The notes beneath the pieces are model-generated. The model did no database searches. It was not told the origin of the DNA and saw nothing but the letters and a program-made list of their open reading frames with translations. Both the position numbers and the translations under genes were made by a program. From Phoronis australis (Eukaryota; Animalia; Phoronida), in the NCBI GenBank assembly GCA_002633005.1, contig NMRA01000093.1:700505-764504 (forward strand): a DNA stretch of 64,000 nt. Direction: 5' to 3'. Positions 49,175 to 64,000 of this stretch are shown here, in pieces (within the stretch, counting starts at the first letter, position 1; every line of letters begins with the position of its first letter).

Positions 49175-52100
49175 ATGACTGGAAAGAAGGGAAAAATCCG
49201 AACAAAACTGGGTGCTAGTAAGGGTAAAAGATGGAAGAAAGGACATAGTAGTAGCAGTAATCCAGAAGGACGGAAACACAGACTTCAAGCGAAGAATAGA
49301 TTTTTCCATCAAAACATTGGTATGTTGCTTAGTTGTTATTGTCAGTTTTCAACTTCGTTTTTCACTCAGCAAGGACGTAGGCTAGGTCGCTAGGGTGTTA
49401 GGGTAGTCGGTTAAGCAACCCTTTAATTTAAATAGGGTTGGAAGTCCACACAGTGAAAGTTTAGAATCAAGTGCCATACTCGAATTGCGCGTCAAACATT
49501 AACCCGTACGTGTCGCAATTGCGATCGCGTGAACACATTCATTGATCCTAAGAATTTATATATTAGAAATAATATTTCCGGTCCTTCTTAACTTCCCGTA
49601 AGATACCGCATTTATTGGTAATCGTAAACTCGGTATTATAAACAAATAAAGCTTTGATAAATTGAATTTTGTTACTATTTTGATACTTTAGTCTTTATTT
49701 CACATCAGTTGTAAAGTGTATTGTTAAGAAACTACATCTGTGTTCCAGAAAACAGCAGTTTAACCGCAGCCAACCTTGCTAAACACGATGACGGAGATGA
49801 TATGGACACTCAGAGTGGACCGCTGTCTGTATCAGGGGTATCTCTCAGCCAATCAGCCAGCACGTTCAAGACGTGGGCCAGTAGCTGGACGGACTGCACT
49901 AACACAACTTTCAGTAAAGTGCATCGCTATTGGGCGTCAAATTCTGCACTTCACAAAGAGGTACTACTGCTTTATTGAAGCATTCATTGTGTTAAATGTC
50001 ATCGATATGTCATGTGTTTGATTATTTTGCCATCAACCCTGAACTGGTCTGCATCCCTGTAGGAGTTCCTGTCCATTGACTTGTGTATTTACCAGTTTCA
50101 AAGGGGCCACCTGCCCCTTGTGCACACTGTGAGGCATGTTCAATTTGACACGGTATACTTGATGATTACAACTAGTCAGCAAAAATAACATTTCTAAATA
50201 CACTTACTGTATTCGCCGTAATAGCCGCCCATGCCCCTACAAGCGCCCCCCACGCATTTTCAAACTTAGCTGAAATAAGCGCCTAGTCCAGTTTTGTTGA
50301 AAGTCTTTCATAGATTACATATACGTCACAGAGCGTAAATTTGATGAATCTTAGCTTCCGATTTCACCCGCCTTGGGTTATAATAAGCGCCCCCCTGAAC
50401 TGAACTTTTCTAAGCGCCCTGGGCGGTTATTACAGCGAATACGGTACATCTCTTGAACTTCAGATTTTCTGAATACAATTGTTATAGTCTATTCTACGAT
50501 CCATGTAATTGAAAGAAGCTGAGAATTTAGTCAAGTGCAGTTATCTAATTATAGATCTGTTGTTGTAGGTACTTGCTGTATTGGCCGCTGTAACTGAGGT
50601 CATCAAAGAGAATGATGGGAAGGAAACAGAAACAGAGTACTTTGCAGCATTGGTATGTCATGGCGTTTGATATTAATTGTTACCATCTCGTCAAACAAGT
50701 TTTTATCAGTCAGTATGTGATGAGGTAGATACACACCACCTGTTGGTTTTATCTCTGTACTCGCACTCGATACTCGGTCATAACGCATTATTAAAGTATG
50801 AATTTGTAAGTTTACTCAAATCTTGCCTTGCAATTGATGAGTTTTTAAGTCGAGTTTCAAGTATGGAGAGTAGACCCTTGTTCTGAACGTAGATTCAGAC
50901 TTGAAACTTAACTAGTCCCGCCGCATGATACGAGTACAGTTTACTGATATCATGCCATGCAATTGTCAATTTTTGAGTTGTGCAAAGGTTAGACCCCTAG
51001 TGGTTGTATTTTTTGTACGTGCCAGTTTTGGATGTGCAGTTAGAGATGTCTAAATTGTGACAGTGTCGTTTGCCAAGACTTGGCACTGAACTCAACTTGT
51101 ATTTTCGCTGCTTGGAAAAGTTACATTAAAAATACGAGGTGAGTGTGGATATGTTATCAACTCTCTCAATTTGGAAAGTACAAAGCAGTTTTGAATTACA
51201 CTAATTGTTAAATATAAAATGTTAAATTTAATTGTTTTGCGCTTGTACTTTTTGATTTCTATAATAAATCTCTGTTAATTTAGATGACCACCCTTGAATC
51301 TGCTGAAGAGGAACAGTCAAAAGCGGCAACAGCCTATCTGTTGAGTCTGGCTATAAAAAAGTGAGTGAAAGTCAAAGGTACCTACGTAATGCTACTTTGC
51401 TTCTAGTAAGTAAGACTGAAGAAAATGCTAGAGTGGGCATCGCTACAAAGTTTTTAGGTTCTCTCGGTCATCAACATTTGAGAATTTTTTTTGTCTATCA
51501 ATGCTGATTGCTCCATGTAAATTAATGGTTCTGTTTTCTGTTACAATGGACCTGTTGTAGTTGTGTTTCTTTATCACGTGCTTAATCTTGTTAACAGTTT
51601 CAACATACATGTTGTCCTTGATTGACAGGGTTCCACCCCCCGTTCTGAAGAAGAGTTTCCCTGAAGTCTCCCAAGCATTGTTTGATCAACTAGCTACAGC
51701 GTCAAACTCAGAATCCACCTCGCTGATGAAATCAGTGAGTTATGCTTGTTAATAGCCAACAAATTTTCTGTATAAATTCTCCAGTTTGGGATAGTGAAAT
51801 ATTTTTTCCTCACGATCAGACCTTTTTTCCAAATTTTAGAAGTTTTAAGCAATTTTGGCTGTAGTGAATTCTGTGATCAACAATGATTATTCACCTCTAT
51901 ATTACACATTTTGGAGACGCATGAAAATGTCGGCAGCTATTTTCAGTGATTTACAAACTGCCGCGTTTGTATTCAGATTCTGTCGATGCAAAATGCAGAG
52001 TACTGAAATTAATATTGTGAATGACAAAATCAGCCAGGTCCCAGTCTTCACAATTGAGAAAGCGGAATTTTCAGCTTGAATTCCAGTGTCGCAAACGTTA

Positions 52101-55100
52101 GACTCCCAAATTGGAGAATTTTTACCATATTTAGTTTTCTTCCAGTTTTGTGAATGTTACCAAGGACCAACTAAAAGCTGGACAATGTCGATATTTTGAT
52201 GTAATTTATGAAAATATGTATTACCGTTCTGTTAGTGTTGGAAATTTGATAAAGCTTTGAAAAGAGTAAAAAATAGAATAAATTAATTTCGACATACTGG
52301 GTAAAATAGCTCAAGCAAGTCTTATTTTCTTAAACCTTTATTTTACAGTTGATAAGCTGTCTTTCATCTTTGCTTCGTGCCCAAGAGAGGTCAGTATGGT
52401 CTGACTCTTCCACCATGCAACTGTACAACGGCATCCTGTCATTTACAGCTCACAGTAAACCTAAGGTTAGAGTTCTAACAATGACGAGATTAGAGTAACT
52501 GTTGCTGCCAATCATTATGCTGGAAAGAACGAGCACAAAATTCAAGGCTTAAAAATAGCATTCCAAGTCGACGAATATTGTTCAAGCATGAACTGTAATG
52601 GTCATTTTGAACACAAGTAGTTCAAGCAGGAATCTTGTATCATTGAAAGTTATCATCAACAGGGTTGACATCGTGTGGTTCTCATCTTGGAAGAGCCACT
52701 TCTGGAGCCAAGACATCTCCAGATGCTTTCAATTGAGTTCCTGTAATCTCTGTAATATATTTCCCTTTTGATTTACTGTGATCAATTTTGCAAAAAATTA
52801 ACTCTGTTTTTATGTGACTGTTATGTCTGTTGCTTAAAGGTACGCAAGGCAGCCCAGCAAGCTGTGGCATCCATTTTAAGAGGAAGTAGCTTCATCCTAC
52901 AGGTGGAGCCTCCTCCCCATCATCCCGCTGCCTCGGCCACAGCCAAGTACTGCATACAGACAATAGAGGACTCAGGAGGTTAGTTTGTCTTCGTTGTCAT
53001 GTCGTTATTTATACTGTATCAGAGTTCAGATTTGATTGACAAAACCAAGCACCCAGTGAACCCACATGATTGGAAAACCTGCCCCCCCTTCAAATACAAT
53101 GTTGGGACTGGCATTAACAAATTTCAAGCTATTACTGTTTAAGTGTTTAGTAACCATTGATATCAATTTATCATTGACAACTTGGGGTTAAATACAATAA
53201 CATGAGTAAGTAATTCAGTTAGCGTGCTCTCTCGTGTCACTGAGTTACTTTACTTGAGCGTTAGTCACTTGTAAATAATATTTTGTTTGTAGCAAGTTAG
53301 GGTAACATCTTAGTCCTGATCTTTTCTGCTTTTTCAGGGACTGGTGAAACGTCGGCACACATTCTTGGTTTACTGAAAGACATCTTGGGTGTGTTCCCTG
53401 CCAACAGTCTCAAGTCGACGTGTGAAGCCATATTACGTGTAATGACACTCAGTAATGTGGTATGTAGATGCTCAGTCATCATTGGTTCATAGGAGACTGC
53501 AGCTGTCAGCACAGTTTTTTGTTGGATTGAGAGATTGCGTGGGACACACGTTAAAGGATCTGACGTAGGATCAGTGTCTTTTTTGAACTTTTTGAGTAGG
53601 AAATTGTTAGAAACTTCAAGTGTCTTATGTTATATGAGGTGTGAGATGTTTTGAGAATGTTACTGTCAAAAAGAAAAATGTGTGTGAAAGATATGATATT
53701 TAAGTATTTAGGCACTGTCTCCTTACGTCCTTGAGGAAGCAGCGAGATTGACATCGTCATATTTTACAAGAGGCATTTGGAGGCTTCATCTAAAAGTCAT
53801 TAGAATTTGTATGCTTGTTAGCATCACTTGACATTCTGAGGTAAATACCAATTCAAGAGCTTTCATCCACTGTAAATTTCCCTTTTTTCGAGGTGGTCTT
53901 CTTGTTTTTTGGGACATTCGTTGATTCCTAAATTTGTGTTGACACCATAGATAACTTGATAAGTTGGAGATGTGTAACCTGTTGTGTTATTTACTTTCTG
54001 CGTGGCTTGATGATGCCGGTCATCACAAGAATCTTTCACACTAAAAATTTGCTAACTTAGCCGTGCACATGTGTTGCAGTAGATGGTGCATTCAATTCTG
54101 GGAAAATCAATAGACAAATGTTGTTGTTTGCACATCACCCAGTTATCTGTGATATCACCAAATGTATGTGACCCAACAACCATCCCATAATGCTTTTGAA
54201 GATTATCACAGGGCTGTTAATAGAGGAAGATATGCAGTAGACAAAATCTTCCAATTTGACAGGCATCTGTTACGGTATCCCTGTAGGAACCTGTCACTCA
54301 AAAGTGTTAGTGTTATGTTGGAAGTGCTCCTAAACGGCCAGATCAGTAGTATTTACAGCTCTCTTTTGGAGTTATCTCCCCTGTAATGTGTTCACTTTAA
54401 TTCATTGTAGATTGTTAATGCAGTTGCTATGCAGGCGCTCCATAGCATGTTCTCCATGCATCCCAAGCCCAACTGTTTGTCTGCAGAGCTAAACGCTCAG
54501 TTAATTACAGTAAGTGTGATATTGAAGTATTTAAATGTCTGCCACTTGAAAAAAAAAGTTTTATTCCACGTCCCCACTGGACATTCTGTCGTAAAAGTAA
54601 AACAACCTGAGATTGTCAACATATGAAGCACCTCTAGTCATAGGAAGCTTCTTATGGAGTAGTTGTAAGACTTGGTTCCGCCACAATTTGTGAGGCTGAT
54701 CTCGACCTAATCACTAGTCTGATTCAACAAAACGCCTTCATTCCCCTGTGTTTCAAGACATCTGAAAGTTGCATAATTTATAGAAAGCACACTCTATGGT
54801 TTTTTTTCAAGGACAATTTAAAGCAATTCATCAAAGTGAATCTTTGCATTGGTATGTGCGCTGGAAAAACATGAGATGCAGCAATGACCAAAACTGCGAT
54901 TTTGTCATTTTTCTTCCCAAAATCACAAATTCGCGACTGCCCTGGTCCCAGAGTAGACAAGAATCTCATTGCTGTTGCAAGTATGTTCCAGAAACACAGG
55001 TGACAATATGTCATTACCCACAGGATTTTTTTTTCAATTTCCATTCGTTTGAAGAGAATCTGTATGTGCACCCAAAAGTTGGTGCTGAACAAAGAAGTGG

Positions 55101-58100
55101 TCTAAAACTGGCCATACTTGTGGATCGGGGTAGAACAGCAGGGGCTAAATTTTTGGGCTCATTTTTACTAAAAACATCTTCAAAGAACTACTGAATACCA
55201 TTCATGGTAATCACTTGCCATTTACTCCACAGAATCACCATCAATTCACATCTCCACATTTTCATTTTGGGGAGCTACAAACGCTTCTTAAACCATAAAG
55301 GACTTGTTTATTGCTGTTTATTAAAACACTGTTCTCCAGAACTTAAACAGAGTTTTTCGAAATTGTATGCTACTGCGTCTGAGTCTTCAAAGAGTTGATT
55401 GGCCATCTCTGTGAATTGCACGAGTCGTCACCACGTTGGTATCAGACTTTGAGTCACTGTCTCCTCCTGTGGATCTTTGGAACAACTGCACACAATTGTT
55501 TTTTGGTTGAATTAGTTTCAACATACCTGATGGCAAGTAGAAAAGCGTAGCGAGTTGATTATGGCAACTGATCTATTTCAGGCTCTGTATGACTACCAAC
55601 CGTCGTCGAATGATTCGCAGCCACTGGCTGCCTGGTTGGCTGTCATGGAGAAGGCACACATTAATTTGTTCAGGTGAGATCCAGCAGTCTGTGATTTGGG
55701 CTCCATTTGCTACTGTCATAGGATGACACTGACTGAAACTGTTGCGCTTAGTATTTACAGTTTTGTTAAATGACATACAGTACAAGACTAAAGTAATTGA
55801 AGACAGACAGTACAAGACTAAAGTAATTGAAGACAGACAGTACAAGACTATAGTAATCAAAGATAAACTAAATATATTCCTGTCATGGCAGCTAATTCCG
55901 CAAAATATTTCTGGTAATAACAAGTAGGGGGTCAAAGTTCTAATTATTGAATGTCTTAGCCACCTCGCCAACTTTCCTGTTATTTCCCTTTGTTCTCAGT
56001 CATGAGGAAAAGCTACAGTGATGATGAGTTGGGTTTCAGCCCAGGTGTTGTGATGGGGGAATTCCTGGTCATTTTGTCTGAATCCTTTTGTCTAATGACT
56101 TGAACTGTAGTTTCTGCTTTCACAAATCCACACTGTCTGTGAAAATGTGGTTAAGTCGAAGCACTTAAGAGCCTGTTTCAGTCTGGTATCTTCTATTTTT
56201 CCTTGTTTTCGGTTTCATCAATCTACAGTTTCCATTGTCCTTCTGCAATCACTTTTGCCTAAGGCTTCCAAGCAAGAGTGCGCATGTTTATATAGATTGG
56301 ATATGCCTGAGACTTTCTGTTTGTTTCCTTACTCATGTCATGAAGTTGTATTATAATCTAATCAGTTGCAAAGATTAGTGTTGTATTGGTTGCAAGTGGA
56401 GAAAACTTATCAATGTTACTTACAGGCTCGATGAGAAGTTGTGTGTCAGCCACCTCCCTCGTCTCACAAACACCTGTATGAAATGCCTCTTGTCGGAGAA
56501 GATGGAGATTTGTCAAAAAGCATCTCACACTGTCATGGTAATATCTGCAATAGGAACGTAATGGTGGACTCTGGCTCTTTTTCAGTACTGGTAACATGCA
56601 CAGTATCTCATGAGAGGTTTTCAGTGACCAGTGTTACGCTGGCAGCTCGATGACCAGACTCTTTATTAGAGTACTGTGGCTTACTTTTAGTATTTTGCTA
56701 ATACTTAAAGCTGGCAATGGAATCGTGCGTTCAGTGAAAAACAAACCATTGATTGATGCTGCTTACTTCAGGCCTTGCCTACTAAGTTGCTTGTCGTGGC
56801 CAATAAGTTTCTGTCACCAAGGCAGTTTGGCCATCGGGATTCTAGGTCATTTATTGTAAATATTTGTAAGTCAAACAAAGGGTAAAAGTGTGATGGCATA
56901 GCTTTGCAAGACTAAATACCTGTGAAGAAAGTCGATATTTTCAACAGACGAAAATGATTGGAGGAAGTCTATAAGAAAAATGTCACTTTATTTGAAATTT
57001 AAGTTTGAAATAAGGTGAATCATATTTCTTTTCGCGTGCTTGGACTTTGAGTCATATGCTGATATACGTCTGTCTTATTTCAGCTGATGTTACGTCAGTG
57101 TGTCCAGCCCGCTGCCCCATGGCTTGTGCCTGTTGTACAGGCTGCGTCTAAGGAGATGACGTCCCCTGTACACCGGATGTTCAGGGCCGTAGAGGCTGGG
57201 CTTAGTTATCAATACCATGCTTCATGGTCTCTTGTCATTGACGTGTTAGCAGTGTTCTTTGAGGTCAGTGGACAATGCATGGTTTGTCTTTCTATGTTTA
57301 CTGATTTCACTAAGTATATTAGTTTATTAGTTGTCTATTTTACTCATTTTTGTCACCACTTTCACTTGCCAGTTTACACAATCTATCCTCCATTCACAGA
57401 ATGTAGTTACATTTTTTCTTCCATTGATTCCTTTGTGGAATGTAATACTTTATGTTTGAGTTTGAATGAATAACATTTAAAATTTTAACTGCTTTGATAC
57501 TTGCGTACTGTTGAAAAATTGTATTTGATATTGCCAATTTATATTAGTTCTGTGTTTTGATGATCATTTTGGACGTGTGAATTATCACTTCCAAATGCAG
57601 TCAGTTTTGCATATCGCATGTTTTTATCAGCAACTGGGTACTTAGTTCTTCAAATTGTTGCAACAGTGTAGTTGTCTTTATTGATTTTACATAAGCATTT
57701 GATATCATTCATCAACTCCAGGTACTGGGTAAAGATTGCTCGGCTCTGATGAGGAAGTGCCTTGTGTCCCTGGCGGACCTGCGCAATAGCCCCCACTTTC
57801 CCCACAAGCCCATCCTGGATCATGCCGTGGGTGTGGCTATTCAGAAGATGGGTCCACAAAAGGTGCTGGCTGCCGTACCATTAGGAATCACTGGCGATGA
57901 GTGAGTGGTATTGTAGGGATATGCTGGTGAACTAGGCATTTTCTGTTATTTTGTATTATAGTACTGTGGAATAGGATTCAGTTGCAAGAACAATATCACT
58001 AATTGTTCATTCGATCTCCCTAACATGTTGGAGTTTATTCTTCATTGTTTTGTCTAGAACATTTGACAGACGAGTATTATTCATTGGCAGGAGTCAGTTT

Positions 58101-61100
58101 TTGCATTTTTAATTGCTGGTCTTAGAACTGTGTCGTTTATGAATTTCAGTAAACATGCAGGCAATAGGCTTGCTTTTGCTCAATTTCATTTCCTGTTTCT
58201 ATGAAACGTGTTGTCAAACAATATTTTCGACCTTGGAAAAAGTCATATGAATAGTGTGTGATCAAAGTTCAAAGTTACTCAATGTGTACTGTAGTGCAGA
58301 CATCATCAAATCCAGTGCATTGCTTGTAATCATTCTTTATCTAAATTTCAGAGATAACTATGACTTCCCACGCAGTTGGCTCCTGCCCGTGTTAAGAGAT
58401 AATATACGCGACACCCAATTGTCTTTCTTCAATAGCTACTTCCTTCCTCTGGCCGCGAAGCTTCGAGCTAAATGTAAGCCGTCTTTTTCATAACTTTCTG
58501 AGCTTTAAAGATAGTGCTTCTGTTTATTCAGATCATCAGATGTGTTTCCTCAACTGAAAGGTAATGATAATTTAAAGCCATTTACAAATTTGCAATATAA
58601 GCAAACCTAGATGAAGTAAGCAGACTTGCTTGCATTATAACTTTTCTCTTCTTTGCAAAGGTATCACTATTTCCTTTTCCACTTCAGCTGTTGCGTTTGA
58701 AAAAGCTGGCAAGATTGTTGAATGTAAGACGTACGACGCCCTTCAGCATCAGATCTGGTCCCTGTTGCCGGGCTTCTGTACACGACCCACAGACTTGATA
58801 CAGGTAACGACTCTATATACAGTCAAAACGGTTCTGTATATATGGTCACTGTAGAGAACAGGTTGACATGGAGTGCACCTGTATGAGTGGCTACTTATAG
58901 GACATTTGTTGCCTGGCAATGAATGTACTGTATGTTTAAAAAGTAATTGGGTAAAGTGACGAGGAATGTCCGTTCATGAAGGTCGAGAGCAACTGACGGT
59001 GAATTTCCTGTTAAGCTAACACACTGAAAATGCCGTTCTATTTTTAGCATTTTGTCAAAATAACGAGCGTTTACACATTATTCTGCTGTAAGATCAGCTG
59101 TCATGACAAGGAAACACACTTTTGTGTGTCTTCTTGCGTCATGTAATGTAGTGTAGAGTTGTGGGTTCATCGTCATTGTATTTAATCCTGCATTTCACCC
59201 TTTTAAAATGTTTAAAGAATGAAAGTCGAATTGGGCGTTTCAGTCTCATAAAATCTGACTCGTAATATTCCTTTCCCTCATAAGATTCTATTTTTGTTAC
59301 CAACAAGAACATCCAAACCATCAGTGACATAAGAAACCTCTTCAGATTTATTGGGGTCAGCCAACCCTGAAATTACAAATCCAGATATGGCACATGTTCG
59401 CATCGATTGGAACTCATTCGGCAAGATTGTATCAGCGTGGCTGTGTTTTTAAACTTCAAAGCGCTTCTGTTGAGAATTCAAAATTTACAGCACAACAGAG
59501 CGAAATATCTGTTTGCTTGTTTGTGCCTGTAGAAATGGGGTACAATATCACCAGTGTTGGACAAAAATAGTTGTTGTAATTGGTCTTTTTCAATTTTCAC
59601 ACAAAGTTGCGTGTGTCTTAAATTGGTATAAATTTACCGTAGGCACTGTGAAACGTTGATTCAAATCATATTTCATCCACCTTTGGTGATGTCAATTGCA
59701 AAAAAGTGCTGCTTACTACAAAATTAACTTTAAAATGTATTGGAATTACTTAGATTAAAAGTGATTTGTGGCCTTGGTTAGAACTTTGGCAAGCAAGTCA
59801 CTATATGAGCAGAAAGCAATTACTGGAAATGGTTCTGTCTCTGAACAATAGGTGACGTTAGTAGCTGGTGTTGAGACTTGAAACATATAGAATTCAATTG
59901 TAAGAATTCTTTACATTATGTAGTGTTTGAGACTTTGCATTGTATTGTGTAATTTGATCAATTTATCGTCTATTCCCGATTCTAGTCTTTCAAAGGTGTG
60001 GCCAAAATACTTGGTACTGCCATCACAGACCGACCAGATCTCAAAATGGACGTCTTGTCGTCGCTGCGGAAACTCATCCTTCATGCCATTGATGAGAAGG
60101 AGGGAAGTGGTGAGTTACTGTTACCTGTGATGGCGTTAGGTTTGACCTTTGTGTGACCTTGGTGTTCTCTCCGATTCTCATTATATATTCACTTATTAAT
60201 CTTGTTTTTGTCAGGTTATTGCTGAAAGAGAGTGTTTTCAAGCATCGGTTCAGATGTGAAATTGTTTAATTTGTGGAACAACAAAATAGGTCTTGAAAAT
60301 TGTCTTGTAAGAAGAGGAGATATTCAGTATCTATAAAATTGCCATTAAAGCTGTGGTCAACTCGCTGAAACGGTTGTACTATTTGTGTGATTCAATTGTC
60401 TTGTCATTAGAATTGGATAGTTTCATCCCCCTATACTCTTAGACTGTTTTGTGTTGTAGAGGAGGACAAGGCAGAACTATCCAAGTTTGCCAAGAACTAT
60501 CTGCCCATCTTGTTCAATGTCTTCACTACTGAACCAGAGAACCTGAAGGACATGAGTAGGATGGCTGCCCTGGAGACCACCAAAGTCTACTTCAAGATCA
60601 CAGATCCCAAGGTAATGTGGCCAATTCCTGGACCTGGACTTTGAATGTCAAGACAGTGGAGAAGTTGGGAGTAGTGACCTTTAGGTGGCGTTGTCAGTGG
60701 CAGTGTTGAGTTGTTTAGATTGGCCACAGGTGGATTCAAACCTCCGACCTAACTGATTACAGTACAATGATATGCTGGTAGAGTTGAAAGCCAGTGCAGC
60801 ATGCAGGCATATATTTTAAGGGTATTTAACTAGTGAGGTCACCAGCTTTAATCTGACTTAATTCTATCAAGTGACTAGAAGGCCTTGTCGGGAATTGTCA
60901 ATTTATAATAAAATCACGAAAACAGTGGATTTTGTGTTTTATAGCTCTAGTCAAAGCTGACCTATCCAATATTAATGCAAAAGAGCGTTTCTTTTTTCAA
61001 TTCTGAAACCAGTTGTGCTATTTTAAAGTGTTCTTACCTATTCCCTTTAAACACCGTGTTTGCTTAAAAATTTTTATTGAGCAAAATTGACTTCAAAATC

Positions 61101-63970
61101 TTCTGTTTTTTCATATATTTTGTTAGGAATCTGTACATTGCCATGTTAATTGTTGAAACTATTAATTATTAATTAACATTTGACATATATGTGACGTGCT
61201 GAGATGGAGTTTGTTCTCTTTGTTACAGCTTATAGCCACCTTCTTTGACAAAGCTCACGATAAAGTTAATGACTTGGATGTTACCCCATTCAAAAGGTAG
61301 GAATTGTATCGTAGAGAACAATCATGACTGTCAAAGAGAAAACCTTTTAGGGTTTAACCTTGTCATAATTGTGTCCGAAGTTATATACTCAAAAGACGAA
61401 CCTTTTTGCAGTCTGACAGCTGACTGGCGTTTCTCTATGAACAGATGCAGTAATATCCTAGTATAACGTGTCCGCATCTTCAGAACCAGTTTTCTCCACA
61501 CTTGCTTGAGCGTGATATCATCTGTTACTGTTAGTGAATAGTGGTTGAACGTGATATTACCGAGTGAGTCGTCTTTTTACTTGATCCGTTGTTTGTATTT
61601 GAAGTGTCTGTGAGTGGTAAGGAAGCTATGATTAATTGAGTGTTTGTTTTCACAGGCATGCTTTGCTGGACTTACTTATAGCCATGATACCTTATACAGA
61701 TGAAGAAAGATTGAAGAAACTGTTCAGATTCGCTGTTCCTCTACTTGAGGTAAAGTTCATCATCCAAACTAGTTTGTGATTGCCGTGTGTCAAGAATGCT
61801 TCCGGTAGCCGCTCTACAATTTTGTAAAAAGTTAAATAGTTTTTTCCAAGAGGTTTGGGTGTTGAGACAATGTGAGGATTTCCATGTAAGTTGTAATACA
61901 TGAACCATGATATCAGATCATTAATTCACTGTTTTACACAATCAATCTCATTGCATCTTACTTAAGAGGCATATGTGGCTGTGAACTGATGTATGAAATA
62001 TTGAAAACGACCCAACATGTGTACGTCAGCCGTGTGTGGAATGAACAGAAGGTAAAGCTGCCTTTACCTGACCATGTACTAATTAACAGGAAGGCAATAT
62101 GCTTGTTCAATAATTTTGGGTGATGGAGCTCTGATGAAAGTAATATGTGTACTGTTCTCCGAAGTACTTTTGGTGTTTGTTTTTTGAAATGTTCCTTTTT
62201 TGCATAATATATATATATAGTATTTTCTTGAAAAACATCAACGGATTTTCAAAAGTTGCATAAAAAAGAAGCAAGGCCCTAATTAAGTATTACTGAAACT
62301 GTAAATGTGTTTTGGAGAATCCATCGACAATATTTATATCAAAAGAAGTTTGGTCATGTTGTTTGTATTGTTGTTTTACAAGTATGTACATTCTTTTTTA
62401 ACACAAAAGATCACGTCACTCCTTTGATTACATATTGGTATAAAGCTAAGAGTAACATTCTACAGCAGTACACTTTCAATGGGTTAAATGTTGTAGTTTT
62501 GGAGACATTTGGATAAAGGCACTGATGTGCCTATAGTATTACATGAAACCTTAAAAGAAACCTTGTTAACAAAATACTTCATTATCGGCATATCTTTATC
62601 TAATACTTGTTAGTTGATATGGAGAATTTTCATTTTCATCTTGCTCTGGAAATCATAATTTGCATTAATGGTTTTTGCTGTTTTGTTTTGATTTTAAATG
62701 ATTAGAATGGTCTTTAAAAAGATTGATGTCGAAAATCTGTATTTAGCACTGGCATTGAGTGTGAGAGCTGATGTCATTGGGTTTCATTGTAGAGTGACGA
62801 CCGCACGATACAGAAAAAGAGCTACCGTATCCTGGAAACCATCTGTGAATCTGAGTCCACAGCCAGTCTTGTCATCAGCTCACTGGCCGAGATACAGCAA
62901 GTCCTCACAAAAAGTCTGTCTGCATCAGTGTCGTCTGCTAAGGCGGTGAGTTAGTGGCTCAGCTAGTCTCTCGGCTTGTGTAGATGGGTCTTTATCTTGC
63001 AATAAAGTAGTGACTGGGATTTTGAGTTACCACTGAGAGCATCTGCAGGTAACTGTTTCACTTAAATGTTTTTGGTCATTTTTCCCCTGTATACACTTGT
63101 GGTAGCATTAGTTACAGTAAAAATTTTGCAGTTTGGTACTGAAATTCAATCCAAATCAAATTTCTTCGTTCTGCAGATTGGGACATGGCCGATTTTTGTG
63201 TTCATCATATTTCTCAAGTATCTGGCACTGCATTTTTATCACAAGAGTCTGAAAGACTTGACTGTTCGTAAAGTCGGCTAAAATAGCTGCCAGGCAACTG
63301 AATGTTTTCAAATGTCCCCATAGCGCGTAGCGTCAAGGTGAATGATCCTCTCAAGGATTGGAATTTTCCTGTCTAAGAGGCTTTCCTCTTGTTTTGTTTT
63401 GATTTCCTCTTATTTGGTTTCCGGTTTCCTCTTTTTTGTCTGTTTTTATCATTATCTTTATTTTATTCATGGAAAAACATTTCAGTTAAATTTTACAACA
63501 CGATTAATATTTCTTTCACACAGGCCTATTTGTGGAACGATACATCACCTGGAAAAGTTTCCTCTTTTTTGTCATTTTGTCATTGCAAACTCTGTCCTTT
63601 GTAATTGATAGTAATTATTGAATTTGGGGTGGCCAATACTGTCTCTTTCTAAAATTTTATCTCTTGTTGAACACAAACTTTTTGCTTTGGAACGAGTTGA
63701 AAAGGTCAGAATGTTACTAATGTTTGATGAAACTTTCCCACATTGTTGCTGAATCTTCAATTGCCCATTTTTTTCTACAGCCTCGACTTCGATGTCTCAT
63801 TCACATAGTGCGTAAAGTATCAACGAATCAGCGGGACTTTGTCACGGCCGTCTTACCCGAGGCCATACTTTGCACACGAGAGGTCGCTGTTAAGGCGAGG
63901 GGAGCTGCTTACCTACTGCTGAACGAGATGTGTAACGCCGTGGTCAGGTGGTCAGATGGAACAGACGAAG
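49175..63970 (+). CDS. RRP12: RRP12-like protein (HEAT-repeat/NUC173 ribosome biogenesis factor), first 21 coding exons; 3' part lies beyond the window
   Basis: Exons: 49175-49319, 49749-49960, 50569-50652, 51284-51360, 51629-51734, 52349-52465, 52840-52978, 53338-53459, 54411-54509, 55582-55673, 56426-56537, 57084-57263, 57722-57900, 58352-58473, 58688-58803, 59986-60109, 60460-60611, 61229-61296, 61656-61749, 62793-62945, 63781-63970. All introns are GT-AG and the frame stays open for ~894 codons. Diagnostic motifs: [125 protein letters not shown]. Confidence 0.96.
50207..50444. mobile_element. 238-bp TA-flanked MITE (Tc1/mariner-type) in RRP12 intron 2
   Basis: TA|CTGTATTCGCCGTAATAGCCGCCCA ... 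TGGGCGGTTATTACAGCGAATACGG|TA. Internal AAGCGCC repeats resemble those in 28956-30877. Confidence 0.85.
51768..52126. mobile_element. MITE in RRP12 intron 5
   Basis: TIR AAATTCTCCAGTTTGGGA / TCCCAAATTGGAGAATTT. Confidence 0.65.
55777..55863. repeat. Tandem repeat, 30-bp unit, about 3 copies, intronic
   Basis: ACAGTACAAGACTAAAGTAATTGAAGACAG is repeated. Confidence 0.9.
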
Positions 63971-64000
63971 GTAGGTGGTATAGTGTCTGAAGATGGGTGA

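Noticed and set aside
56019-56081. C/D-box snoRNA candidates in RRP12 introns (GTGATGA...CTGA here; also ~50834-50885)
   Set aside because: There is no terminal stem and no convincing rRNA-complementary guide directly upstream of a D box. A snoscan/Infernal run would be needed.

Overview
This is AT-rich, intron-rich eukaryotic DNA with GT-AG introns, many MITEs and two N-gaps, probably from an invertebrate animal. Four spliced protein-coding genes can be read by hand. (1) The last two exons of an ALMS-motif (ALMS1-like) gene, +, 1450-2092; its terminal exon and 3' region appear twice. (2) A tincar-like multi-pass membrane protein, +, 14273-38033, with two coding exons split by a 21.7-kb intron. 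(3) FAM204A, -, 46435-41439, 8 coding exons. (4) RRP12, +, from 49175, 21 exons and continuing past the window end. Nearly all short ORFs in the supplied track are spurious or exon fragments. The most notable non-coding signals are an 8x 18-bp array of XBP1/CREB3-type sites upstream of FAM204A (which also puts 8 UGA codons in the FAM204A frame), tiny palindromic CACAGGC-ended MITEs with 8-bp target duplications, and a fold-back carrying degenerate minimal-hammerhead motifs. There is also a duplicated splice donor that would create a stop codon. Gene names rest on remembered family motifs, not on a database search.
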